Source of the DNA: Ruminococcus sp.
GTDB lineage: Bacteria > Bacillota > Clostridia > Oscillospirales > Ruminococcaceae
NCBI GenBank assembly: GCA_014799735.1
Contig: JAAVHL010000010.1
Location: forward strand, 1-37,499
Direction of reading: 5' to 3'
DNA: 37,499 nucleotides
In this document: positions 1-7,930 of the stretch, piece after piece
Position numbering within the stretch: position 1 is the stretch's first letter
Layout of the letters: the number at the start of each line of letters is the position of its first letter
Translations under genes and position numbers: made by a program
The notes under the pieces: generated by a model
What the model was told of the DNA's origin: nothing
Database searches by the model: none
The model's input: the letters and a program-made list of their open reading frames with translations, nothing else

Positions 1-247
1 CACCCAATTTGGAATAGACCGTCTTTGCCGTAATTCCTTCGACCCTTCCCAGCTTGCCGGAAAGTGCGCTGATAACGTCCTGAGGAGCATCCACCGCAAC
101 GCTGATTATGGACACCCCCTTTTTTTCATAGGGTATTCCCATTCTTCCGATTATGTACTGCCCGTAATCGTGGAGCAGTCCGTTAAGCTTTTCCACCGAG
201 TTAAGGTTTTCCACAACAATTCCGATAAGCGCAACCCTTGTTTCCAT
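1..247 (-). CDS. TM1266-family iron-only hydrogenase system regulator (small ACT-like protein); C-terminal end runs off the window
   Basis: My own reverse-strand translation from the ATG at 247 gives METRVALIGIVVENLNSVEKLNGLLHDYGQYIIGRMGIPYEKKGVSIISVAVDAPQDVISALSGKLGRVEGITAKTVYSKLG... A GGAAAGGAGA RBS lies upstream. It is absent from the ORF track because it is open at the window edge. The family call rests on remembered similarity (GRMGIPY, DAPQDVISALSGKLGR). Confidence 0.55.
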   Translation of the reverse strand, partial: METRVALIGIVVENLNSVEKLNGLLHDYGQYIIGRMGIPYEKKGVSIISVAVDAPQDVISALSGKLGRVEGITAKTVYSKLG

Positions 248-269
248 TTATAATAGTATCTCCTTTCCA

Positions 270-308
270 AAATATAGAAAAAGCCCGCTGCACATACTGA
301 CAGCGGGC
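270..308 (-). terminator. Leader terminator/attenuator hairpin between the promoter and the start codon of the hydrogenase regulator gene
   Basis: The minus strand reads GCCCGCTG-N10-CAGCGGGC followed by TTTTTCTATATTTT. It sits about 25 nt upstream of the RBS, inside a roughly 150-nt leader. Confidence 0.5.
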
Positions 309-419
309 ATAATTATCACGTATCACATCGCCTTTCTCCGCAGGAAAAACCTTTGGAAGTCAGTACAGATAAAATTTTTAAGTGTTTGCGGTAAGACTTC
401 TCTGTCCGCTTACGAATTA

Positions 420-448
420 ATTATAGCATACTTTTTTTGAAATTGCAA
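420..448 (-). promoter_or_regulatory. Sigma-A-type promoter for the hydrogenase regulator leader
   Basis: On the minus strand, TTGCAA (443..448) is followed by a 17-nt spacer ending TGC and then TATAAT (420..425), an extended -10. Confidence 0.5.
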
Positions 449-515
449 TAGGAAAATAAAAAATGCTGCAGTTGGGCAAGTAGAGATACCGAAGTATTGT
501 TACCCATGGGAGCAT

Positions 516-564
516 TTTACCCTTATTGACAAAGTATGCCAATAAGGGTAAAGGCTCAGCCTTT
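516..564. repeat. Perfect 13-bp inverted repeat followed by a 15-bp palindrome in a divergent intergenic region
   Basis: TTTACCCTTATTG (516..528), an 11-nt spacer, then CAATAAGGGTAAA (540..552). This overlaps AAAGGCT-C-AGCCTTT (550..564). Confidence 0.6.
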
Positions 565-629
565 AGCCGGGCCTATATCTTTTTCTAAAAATTGGCAAAA
601 TTTTCAGTTTAAACTCCTTAAAGAAATTG

Positions 630-658
630 TTGACAAAAACCGAGCGCTGTGGTATAAT
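630..658 (+). promoter_or_regulatory. Sigma-A-type promoter of the Hpt / response-regulator operon
   Basis: TTGACA (630..635), a 17-nt spacer, then TGGTATAAT with TATAAT at 653..658. Confidence 0.6.
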
Positions 659-718
659 TTATCATAGTTATATAAAACCGATCGTGCGCACTGAGAACTT
701 AGCGTATGACGGAGTTCT

Positions 719-1117
719 ATGAAAGCAGGTAGGTATATGAACATAAAAGAATTCTACGATTTTATCGGAGAGGACTACAACGAGGTGATCGGAAGACTTC
801 GGCTGGAAAGCAGAGTTTATAAGTATCTTATGAAATATCCCGAGGACAAAAACTTTGATATGCTCCTTAATGCGATGAAAGATAAAAATTACGAAGAGGC
901 TTTCAGAGCGGCGCATACCATTAAGGGCACCAGCCTTAATTTCAGCTTCAACGGCCTTGCCGCAGTCACTTCGGAGATCACCGAAAAGCTCAGGCATTTT
1001 GAGAATACGGAGGCGATCGAGTCCGATCCCGACCTCAACAGGCTTCTTATGGAAGCGGGAGAAAAGTATGTCAATATCATCACGGGCATTAATCAGATCG
1101 ACCCGGTTGAACAGTAA
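719..1117 (+). CDS. Hpt (histidine phosphotransfer) domain protein
   Basis: The ORF carries the HTIKGTSLNF motif (HxxKG phosphohistidine signature) in a helical protein of about 125 aa. An alternative start is the ATG at 737 (MNIKEFYDF). Confidence 0.7.
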   Translation: MKAGRYMNIKEFYDFIGEDYNEVIGRLRLESRVYKYLMKYPEDKNFDMLLNAMKDKNYEEAFRAAHTIKGTSLNFSFNGLAAVTSEITEKLRHFENTEAIESDPDLNRLLMEAGEKYVNIITGINQIDPVEQ

Positions 1118-1175
1118 TACGGTTTGACCAATACATAACTATAATTTCCAATTTTTTTGAAAAGGAGAATTCAAA

Positions 1176-2711
1176 ATGAGTGAAGAAATTTTTGCTGCGG
1201 ATTCCCGCAAACAAAAGGTTTTGATAGTCGATGACAATGCTATGAACCGTTGTATGCTGGCGGATATTCTCGAGGACGATTACGAGATCATTCAGGCGGA
1301 AAACGGTGTTGAAGCTGTTGCTGTTCTTAAAGAAAGACATTTTGAGATATCTTTGGTAATGCTTGATATGGTAATGCCCGAAATGGACGGTATCGAAGTT
1401 CTGGAGGTCATGAACAAGCAGCACTGGATCGATAATATCCCCGTTATAATGATATCGGTGGAAAATTCCGCGGGCTATATCGAGCGCGCTTACAATCTCG
1501 GAGTTACCGATTACATAAAGCGTCCGTACGACGCGTTTTCTGTGCGCCGCCGCGTTATCAACACCATCATGCTGTACACCAATCAGAAGAATCTGGTTGG
1601 TCTGGTTGCGGATCAGATCTATGAAAAGGAAAAAAGCACCAATCTGATGATAAACATTCTCAGCCATGTTGTTGAGTTCAGAAACGGTGAGAGCGGTCTG
1701 CACGTTATCCATGTTCAGAACATCACAAGAATAATCCTTGAAAAATATGCCGAAAAATATCCCGATTCGGGTCTTACGGAGTCAAGCATAGCTACTATCA
1801 GCCTTGCTTCCTCGCTCCACGATATAGGAAAAATTTCCATTCCCGAAAGCATACTCAACAAGCCGGGCAAGCTTACCGACGAGGAATTCGCTATAATGAA
1901 GACCCACTCCAGCGTAGGCGCGTCCATGCTTGAAAGTCTTTCCTTCGGCTCGAACGATCCGCTTATTAAGGTCGCTTACGAGGTCAGCCGCTGGCACCAC
2001 GAGCGTCATGACGGAAGAGGATATCCCGACAGACTTGAGGGAGATCAGATACCGCTTTCGGCGCAGGCAGTTTCGGTTGCTGACGTTTATGACGCCCTGA
2101 CAAGCGAACGTGTCTATAAGAAAGCTTTCACCCATGAAAAGGCTATAGATATGATACTCGGAGGAGAGTGCGGTACGTTCAATCCGAGAATTCTTGAGTG
2201 TCTGAAAGAAACGTCCGATATGCTCAAGGATACCCTTAACCTCACTGCGGCAGAGCATTTAAGCCCGCGCGGAGTTAAAAATATTACCGAGGAAATCCTG
2301 AAAAACAACGCTCTGAAAGCTCCCGGAAAGACTTTGAACAATCTTGAAAACGAGATCGCAAAGCACAGATTCCTCCAGTCGATCTCCAGAGAGATACAGT
2401 TCGAGTACGGCAGCGATCCCTCTATGCTCAATATTTCCGAGTTCGGAGCTAAAAAGCTGGGACTTCCCGAAAATATTCCCGACCCCAAAAACAGCGAACA
2501 GCTTTTGTCCGTCATTTCCGCAGAATGCCTTAAGGAGCTTTCCGAAGCTGTTTATAAGGCTACCTTTGAGCAGCCTGTTACCGAATACGAGTGCGATCTG
2601 AAGATAGGCGGAGAATCCAAACGCTGCAAGGTTGTTTGTCTCACTATTTGGGCGGACGACGATCACGGCCGCCGCGACGGTGTAGTGGGCAAGGTTTTTG
2701 ACGCCGAGTGA
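1176..2711 (+). CDS. Response regulator with receiver domain, HD-GYP domain and an uncharacterised C-terminal region of about 140 aa
   Basis: The receiver is KVLIVDDN...LDMVMPEMDG...KRP. The HD-GYP motifs are HDIGKISIP and WHHERHDGRGYP. An AAAAGGAGAA RBS precedes the ATG. Confidence 0.85.
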   Translation: MSEEIFAADSRKQKVLIVDDNAMNRCMLADILEDDYEIIQAENGVEAVAVLKERHFEISLVMLDMVMPEMDGIEVLEVMNKQHWIDNIPVIMISVENSAGYIERAYNLGVTDYIKRPYDAFSVRRRVINTIMLYTNQKNLVGLVADQIYEKEKSTNLMINILSHVVEFRNGESGLHVIHVQNITRIILEKYAEKYPDSGLTESSIATISLASSLHDIGKISIPESILNKPGKLTDEEFAIMKTHSSVGASMLESLSFGSNDPLIKVAYEVSRWHHERHDGRGYPDRLEGDQIPLSAQAVSVADVYDALTSERVYKKAFTHEKAIDMILGGECGTFNPRILECLKETSDMLKDTLNLTAAEHLSPRGVKNITEEILKNNALKAPGKTLNNLENEIAKHRFLQSISREIQFEYGSDPSMLNISEFGAKKLGLPENIPDPKNSEQLLSVISAECLKELSEAVYKATFEQPVTEYECDLKIGGESKRCKVVCLTIWADDDHGRRDGVVGKVFDAE

Positions 2712-2795
2712 CAAACAATATGTATGGACGGAGCATAAGTCCGTCCTATGCAAAAACAATTTAAAAATAATGTCGATAATTGTCGATTAAAAACG

Positions 2796-2833
2796 GTGTG
2801 CCTTTTTAGTTCTGCAAAAGGCACACTGTTTTT
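2796..2833. terminator. Bidirectional intrinsic terminator between convergent genes
   Basis: GTGTGCCTTTT, a 10-nt loop, then AAAAGGCACAC. T-runs follow the stem on both strands (TGTTTTTC on plus, CGTTTTTAAT on minus). Confidence 0.6.
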
Positions 2834-2834
2834 C

Positions 2835-3677
2835 TTATCCCTTGACAGCGCCTGCGATTACTCCCTCAATTATATATCTCTGACAGAACAGATAGAAAAC
2901 TATTATGGGAAGTATTGCCAGCACAAGCATTGCCATGAAGCCGCCCCAGTTTACCGCGCCGTACGCGCCCTGCATGGCTATCTGTATCGCTACGGGCAGG
3001 GTCTTGTTTCCCGTGCCGAGAATAAGGTAGGGGAGCAGGTAGTCGTTCCATATCCACATGGCGTTCAGTATGGTGACGGTTATCGCCGTGGGCTTCAGGA
3101 TAGGGAATACTATCATGAAAAATTTCTGTATGGGATTGCAGCCGTCTATTTCGGCGGCTTCCTCCAGCTCCAGCGGTATGCTTTTTACAAAGCCGCTGAG
3201 CATGAAAACCGACAGTCCAGCTCCGAAGCCAAGATACACGAAAATAATTCCTACGGGGTTGTTGAATTTAAGCTTTGTTACAACATAAGTCATGGTATAC
3301 ATTACCATCTGGAAAGGCACTATCATGCTGAACAGGAACGTGTTGTACAGTACCGTGCTGACCGCCGATTTAACGCGGACAAGATACCAAGCCGTCATCG
3401 AGGTCAGCAGCACAAGAACCAGTACCGACAGTACCGTGATGAACAGCGATCTGCCGAACGCGCCTGCGATACCCGCGCTCTTAACGCCGCTGACGTAGTT
3501 CTCGAAGCCCGCAAAGGTCTCGCTTGTGGGAAGCTTAAAGGGACTTCCCATAATGCTGAACTTGGTCTTGAACGAGTTCAGGAACACTATCAATATCGGA
3601 AACAGAAACAGCGCGGCAAGCACTATCAATACTACAAATAGTAGTGTATTGAGCCGCTTTTTCTGCGGAATATCCAT
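2835..3677 (-). CDS. Carbohydrate ABC transporter permease (MalG-like)
   Basis: A 280-aa protein with six hydrophobic segments and an EAA-type loop (LEEAAEIDGCNPIQKFFMIVFP). It is translationally coupled to the upstream permease, with the start at 3677 overlapping the neighbouring stop. Confidence 0.85.
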   Translation of the reverse strand: MDIPQKKRLNTLLFVVLIVLAALFLFPILIVFLNSFKTKFSIMGSPFKLPTSETFAGFENYVSGVKSAGIAGAFGRSLFITVLSVLVLVLLTSMTAWYLVRVKSAVSTVLYNTFLFSMIVPFQMVMYTMTYVVTKLKFNNPVGIIFVYLGFGAGLSVFMLSGFVKSIPLELEEAAEIDGCNPIQKFFMIVFPILKPTAITVTILNAMWIWNDYLLPYLILGTGNKTLPVAIQIAMQGAYGAVNWGGFMAMLVLAILPIIVFYLFCQRYIIEGVIAGAVKG

Positions 3678-4483
3678 CAGCTTTCCACCTCCCTGCTTCC
3701 TGTAAGCTTAAGCTGTGCAAAGGCTATCATTGCCACTATTAGGAAGAATATTACAGCCTTTGCCTGACCTACGCCCTGCCAGCCCGCGCGTCCGTAAAAG
3801 GTGTTGTAGATGTCAAGGGCAAGCATTGCAGTCTTTCTTGCGGGAGCGCCCGCGGTAAGGGCAAGGTTCTGGTCGAACAGCTTGAATGAGTTGGTGAGGG
3901 TCAGAAAGGTGCAGATGGTAATTGACGGCATAAGCATTGGTATGGTAACATTCCCCAAGGTTTGGAAACGGTTTGCGCCGTCTATTTCCGCCGCCTCGTG
4001 GAGGTCGCGGGGGATATTCTGCAAGCCCGCGATATAAATTACCATCATATAGCCGATAAGCTGCCAGTTGGTGAGGACGACAAGTCCCCAGAAGCCGTAC
4101 TTTGCGCTGTAGCTGATGTCAACGCCGAAATTCGCCAGCACGCCGTTTATGATGAGGTTCCAGATATAGCCGAGAACAATTCCGCCGATAAGGTTGGGCA
4201 TAAAGAATATTGTGCGGAAAATGTTTTTCCCGCGGACTGCTCCCGTCAGGGCGAGAGCAAGCAGGAACGCGAAAATGTTAACGGTTATTACCGAAACCAC
4301 GGTGAACAGAGCCGTGAAGCCCAGAGCGCGGAGAAAATCGTTGTTGCTGAATGCCTTGACGTAATTGTCAAAGCCTGCCCATTGGGCGTTGGAAACGGTT
4401 GTAAATTTATTGAACGACAGATAGATACCCATGATAAAGGGTACTATAAAGAATGCCGCAAACGCTGCAAGCGTGGGAAGCAC
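3677..4483 (-). CDS. Carbohydrate ABC transporter permease (MalF-like)
   Basis: It has the EAA loop LHEAAEIDGANRFQTLGNVTIP and multiple TM segments. The track start is a GTG. The frame stays open eight codons further to an ATT at 4505..4507 that sits 9 nt from AAAGGA, so the true N-terminus is uncertain. Confidence 0.8.
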   Translation of the reverse strand: MLPTLAAFAAFFIVPFIMGIYLSFNKFTTVSNAQWAGFDNYVKAFSNNDFLRALGFTALFTVVSVITVNIFAFLLALALTGAVRGKNIFRTIFFMPNLIGGIVLGYIWNLIINGVLANFGVDISYSAKYGFWGLVVLTNWQLIGYMMVIYIAGLQNIPRDLHEAAEIDGANRFQTLGNVTIPMLMPSITICTFLTLTNSFKLFDQNLALTAGAPARKTAMLALDIYNTFYGRAGWQGVGQAKAVIFFLIVAMIAFAQLKLTGSREVES

Positions 4484-4575
4484 AAACAGCGGAAAATATT
4501 TTTTAATAGTGATCAGTCCTTTCTTGCGGAAATTTCCGCGGAAAAGAAACGGAAACAGCGTTATACTATTTCTTT

Positions 4576-4606
4576 ATCAAACTGTAGACTTTGTCTACAG
4601 TTTGAT
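4576..4606 (-). other. Intercistronic stem-loop between the binding-protein and permease genes
   Basis: A perfect 14-bp stem, ATCAAACTGTAGAC-TTT-GTCTACAGTTTGAT, with no clear T-run. This is typical of mRNA-stabilising or processing hairpins downstream of ABC binding-protein genes. Confidence 0.5.
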
Positions 4607-4618
4607 TAGTGATTAGTA

Positions 4619-5998
4619 TTATTCAAGATTTGCGCTTTCGGTTTTCCAGCTGGACTTGACAACGTCCTCAACGTCCTGCCACTCTATGGTTTCCTGAGCG
4701 TACTGGAGCAGAGCTGCGCCGAAATCGTCCTTGAAATTCTGGCTGGGGAAAAGTGTGAAGTTCCATGGAATATTCTGCACGTCGTCCTCGTCCATCCAGT
4801 CAAGGACTTCGTGAGTGAGCGGGTCTTCGGGTCTTTCCGCGTCGGTAAAGGTGTCAAAGGGAGCTATAAAGCCCAGACTTTCGGTAACGTATTTCTTTCC
4901 GCTTTCGGTGGAGTAGAGCCAGAAAATGAAATCAACAGCGTCCTTTTGGAGCGCCTCGTCAGCCTGTGAGTTTATGCAGAAAAAGTTTTCCGTACCAATG
5001 CACAAGCCCTGATTTGCTTCGCCGTCCATACCCGTGTAAATGGGGAGATACTTGATGTTGTCGGCAGTAACAACGTTTCCGCTTATGCCGTTTATCTGGC
5101 TCCAAGCCCAGTTTCCGTTCTGCACCATTGCGCATTCGCCGAGAGCAAATTCCGCCATGGATTCGTCGGTAATCTTCGAGCCGAGGACTTTTCTGTCAAC
5201 GGTGGAATTGTTTATATAGAGGTCGAAAATGTTCTTGAAATTCTGACCGTACTGGAAAGAAATTTCCTTTGTGCCGTCTCCCGTAAGGTCAACGTTGTTA
5301 TTGTGGAACTCGTAATAAATCGGCACGTTTGCAAGGTGGGTCTGCCATCTCCAGTCGTCGCCGGGCTTGAGGGAGGTGCTTGCAAATACGCCCTTTATGC
5401 CCAAAGCATCCTTTTTGGACTGCATATCCTCCACCACGGTTTTCAGGTCGGCAAAGCTTTTTATGTCGTCCGTATCGTCAAAGGAAACGGTTTTGTCGGG
5501 CATATCGAAATATTTTTCCATAATTTCGTCGTTGTAGATAATTCCGTAACCCTCCACGGCGTAGGGAATACCGTAGGCCTTTCCGTCAACGGTGAGAGCC
5601 ATGCTCTTGTCGGTGAGATGAGCGTAAAGATCGGTACCCGTAAGGTCGGCGCAGTAGTCCTTCCAGTTCGCGTAGCCGCGGGGGCCGTTCACCTGAAAAA
5701 TTGTGGGAGCTTCGCTTGTCGCCATTTTTGCGCTCAGGGTCTGTTCGTAGGTGTTGTTTGCGGCTGTTTCCACAATTACGGTCTTGCCCGTTTCCTCTTT
5801 GTATTTTGCGGCGATTTCCTCGTAGGCAGTGGCTATTTCCGGTTTGAAGTTAAGGAAACGTACTGCCGCGTTATTTCCGTTTCCGTTTCCTCCTCCGTTT
5901 CCGCCGTTTCCGCCCGTGCCCGAGTCTCCTCCGCAGGCGGCAAAAATAAACGGAGCGGCAATTGCTGCCGAAATTAAAAAGCTGATTTGCTTTTTCAT
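4619..5998 (-). CDS. ABC transporter extracellular solute-binding lipoprotein (family 1, sugar)
   Basis: It has a lipoprotein signal, MKKQISFLISAAIAAPFIFAAC, with the lipobox Cys, followed by a Gly/Asn-rich linker. At 459 aa it is typical in size for the family, and it heads the operon with the two permeases. Confidence 0.85.
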   Translation of the reverse strand: MKKQISFLISAAIAAPFIFAACGGDSGTGGNGGNGGGNGNGNNAAVRFLNFKPEIATAYEEIAAKYKEETGKTVIVETAANNTYEQTLSAKMATSEAPTIFQVNGPRGYANWKDYCADLTGTDLYAHLTDKSMALTVDGKAYGIPYAVEGYGIIYNDEIMEKYFDMPDKTVSFDDTDDIKSFADLKTVVEDMQSKKDALGIKGVFASTSLKPGDDWRWQTHLANVPIYYEFHNNNVDLTGDGTKEISFQYGQNFKNIFDLYINNSTVDRKVLGSKITDESMAEFALGECAMVQNGNWAWSQINGISGNVVTADNIKYLPIYTGMDGEANQGLCIGTENFFCINSQADEALQKDAVDFIFWLYSTESGKKYVTESLGFIAPFDTFTDAERPEDPLTHEVLDWMDEDDVQNIPWNFTLFPSQNFKDDFGAALLQYAQETIEWQDVEDVVKSSWKTESANLE

Positions 5999-6114
5999 AT
6001 TATCAATCCTTTCAGAGCATTAGGCAGTACCGCACAAAATTCGCGTGCCGCCTTTGTATGTTTTGCTATAGTATTTTCAGAAACGGCACGGCTTATTCAT
6101 TCCTTTAAAATACA

Positions 6115-6156
6115 AAGCAGCCGCGTTTGCGGAAAAATCTGCAAATGCGGCTGCTT
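6115..6156 (-). terminator. Hairpin with a minus-strand T-rich tail upstream of the ABC operon (insulator or leader terminator)
   Basis: The arms AAGCAGCCGC (6115..6124) and GCGGCTGCTT (6147..6156) pair. On the minus strand the stem is followed by TGTATTTTAAAGG. Confidence 0.35.
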
Positions 6157-6245
6157 GCATTAAATGCGTGCAAGAAATGCTTGTAAAAAATACGTACATA
6201 AAAATTGTGAAACAATACTTTTAACGTAAATTTGCCAATAAACCA

Positions 6246-6274
6246 TTGAAAAAACGCTGCGGATATGGTACAAT
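6246..6274 (+). promoter_or_regulatory. Sigma-A-type promoter of rnhA
   Basis: TTGAAA (6246..6251), a 17-nt spacer, then TGGTACAAT with TACAAT at 6269..6274. Confidence 0.5.
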
Positions 6275-6302
6275 AATAACATCAAAAAAACAGGAGAAAG
6301 CA

Positions 6303-6743
6303 ATGACTGTAGAAATTTTTACCGACGGAGCTTGTTCCGGAAATCCCGGCCCGGGCGGATACGGCGCGATACTCCGCGTCGGGGAGCATACAAAGGAAAT
6401 TTCAGGCGGCGCGCCCGATACCACCAACAACCGCATGGAGCTTATGGGCGTTATTGCCGCTCTTTCTGCGCTGAAATACCCATGCGACGTTATACTCACC
6501 ACCGACAGCAAATATGTGGTGGACAGCGTTACAAAGGGCTGGGCAAGGGGCTGGCAGGCAAAAGGCTGGGTCAAATCCGACAAAAAGCCCGCGCTTAACG
6601 CAGACCTGTGGGAAAAGCTTCTCGGCCTGCTCGATACCCACAACGTAAAATTCGTCTGGGTAAAGGGTCACGCGGGACACCCCGAAAACGAACGCTGCGA
6701 CCGTCTTGCTGTCATGGAGAGAGACAAATACGCCGAAAAATGA
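6303..6743 (+). CDS. rnhA: Ribonuclease HI
   Basis: The protein reads [25 protein letters not shown]...[16 protein letters not shown]...TDSKYV...[15 protein letters not shown]. The ATG at 6303 is preceded by CAGGAGAAAG. The TTG start at 6246 in the track is probably an artefact. Confidence 0.9.
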   Translation: MTVEIFTDGACSGNPGPGGYGAILRVGEHTKEISGGAPDTTNNRMELMGVIAALSALKYPCDVILTTDSKYVVDSVTKGWARGWQAKGWVKSDKKPALNADLWEKLLGLLDTHNVKFVWVKGHAGHPENERCDRLAVMERDKYAEK

Positions 6744-6788
6744 CCTCCCGCCGAACGCTCGGAACGTTCAGCAGGAGGTCTTTTTTTT
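6742..6788. terminator. Bidirectional terminator between rnhA and the convergent membrane protein gene
   Basis: GACCTCC ... GGAGGTC followed by T8 on the plus strand. The reverse strand gives the same stem followed by ATTTTTCGG. Confidence 0.55.
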
Positions 6789-6846
6789 GCATTTGTAAAT
6801 TCTTTGAAATATACAATATGTATATTATACTTATGTTTATACAGAA

Positions 6847-7728
6847 TTACTGTTCCCTGTCGGTCTCACCTTTTGCATTTTCAATGGACTGCATAAAGCT
6901 GTCGTTTGCGTAGGACGGTCTTTCGGGCGGAACAATATCCTTGCCCATACGCAGTGCGAATATCAGAGCTGCTGCTCCTATAGCGGCTGCAACGATAGCC
7001 GAGGCCGCTGCATTGGAAACAAAGCCCATTACCCCGAACTGTGCCGCAAAAAGCACTAAGGATATGCCTATTCCCGCAAACGCCTTTTTAGCGCATACTC
7101 CGCGCATGATGAACACTGCGGCCGCAGTCATAAGCAAAGCGACTGCTATAGATAAAATTATGCTGAATAATATGTCTCCAACAGTCATGGCGGTGAAAGT
7201 CTCTTTCATTGCGTTGACAGCTTCCTTGGTTATAAAGCCATTAGACACCATATCGGTATAGTTACGGTCAAACGAACCGTTATTGATCATGCCGAAGGTC
7301 GAATAGGATGAGAAAAAGCTCATTGCCGCCGTTACAAGATAGCTTATGCCGAAGCCAAGTCCGCAGGAAAGCGCGGCGTTAAAGGTGCGGGTTTTCATGC
7401 ATTTGCCCACGCAGATCGCCATGGCAAGAACGATGGCAACACCCATAAATATCTGCAAAACGGCAGTCATCGTGCTGTTTTCGTTCATTGCGGCGGTCAT
7501 AAGATCCGCTGCTCCGTTTTGCACTGAAGATACCATTACCGCTGCGGAAATAATTCCGCTTATGATGGAAAATGCCACAATGGCAATAACAAACGCCAGC
7601 ACGCCCGCCCAGAAGCTGGACGCCTTGATCTTATGCATTGCAAGCAGAACAAGCGCTGCGGCAACAGGGATAAGTCCCGTTACTACCAGTCCTATAAGAG
7701 CTGCGGTTATAACTTCTCTTGATATCAT
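6847..7728 (-). CDS. Polytopic membrane protein, function unknown
   Basis: A 293-aa ORF with about 7-8 hydrophobic segments and a charged C-terminal tail. I recognise no diagnostic motif. Confidence 0.6.
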   Translation of the reverse strand: MISREVITAALIGLVVTGLIPVAAALVLLAMHKIKASSFWAGVLAFVIAIVAFSIISGIISAAVMVSSVQNGAADLMTAAMNENSTMTAVLQIFMGVAIVLAMAICVGKCMKTRTFNAALSCGLGFGISYLVTAAMSFFSSYSTFGMINNGSFDRNYTDMVSNGFITKEAVNAMKETFTAMTVGDILFSIILSIAVALLMTAAAVFIMRGVCAKKAFAGIGISLVLFAAQFGVMGFVSNAAASAIVAAAIGAAALIFALRMGKDIVPPERPSYANDSFMQSIENAKGETDREQ

Positions 7729-7859
7729 AACTGATTTCCCCCTAACATTGTATTAGAACAGTACTACAAGTAGATATTACCATATTATTTTGGATTTGTC
7801 AAGTGGGACTGCTGAAATTGCAGTAAATTTTGATTTCCGCGCGTCTTGAAACTTGTCTA

Positions 7860-7888
7860 TTGACAATATGTCAAATTTGGGATATAAT
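7860..7888 (+). promoter_or_regulatory. Sigma-A-type promoter of glyQS
   Basis: TTGACA (7860..7865), a 17-nt spacer, then TATAAT (7883..7888). This leaves only about 40 nt of 5' UTR. Confidence 0.6.
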
Positions 7889-7930
7889 TATAGCATATGT
7901 TTCGATCAATAAAAAAGGTGGTAAAATAAA

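Noticed and set aside
4604-4620. GTGATTAGTAT 11-mer shared with 32366..32378
   Set aside because: Many exact 11-mer matches are expected by chance in a 37.5-kb window when both strands are counted, and the flanks show no similarity.
5829-6023. Proline/phenylalanine-rich 64-aa ORF (PFPFPPPFPPFPPVP)
   Set aside because: It is the antisense reading of the Gly/Asn-rich linker (GGNGGNGGGNGNGNN) that follows the lipobox of the solute-binding lipoprotein.
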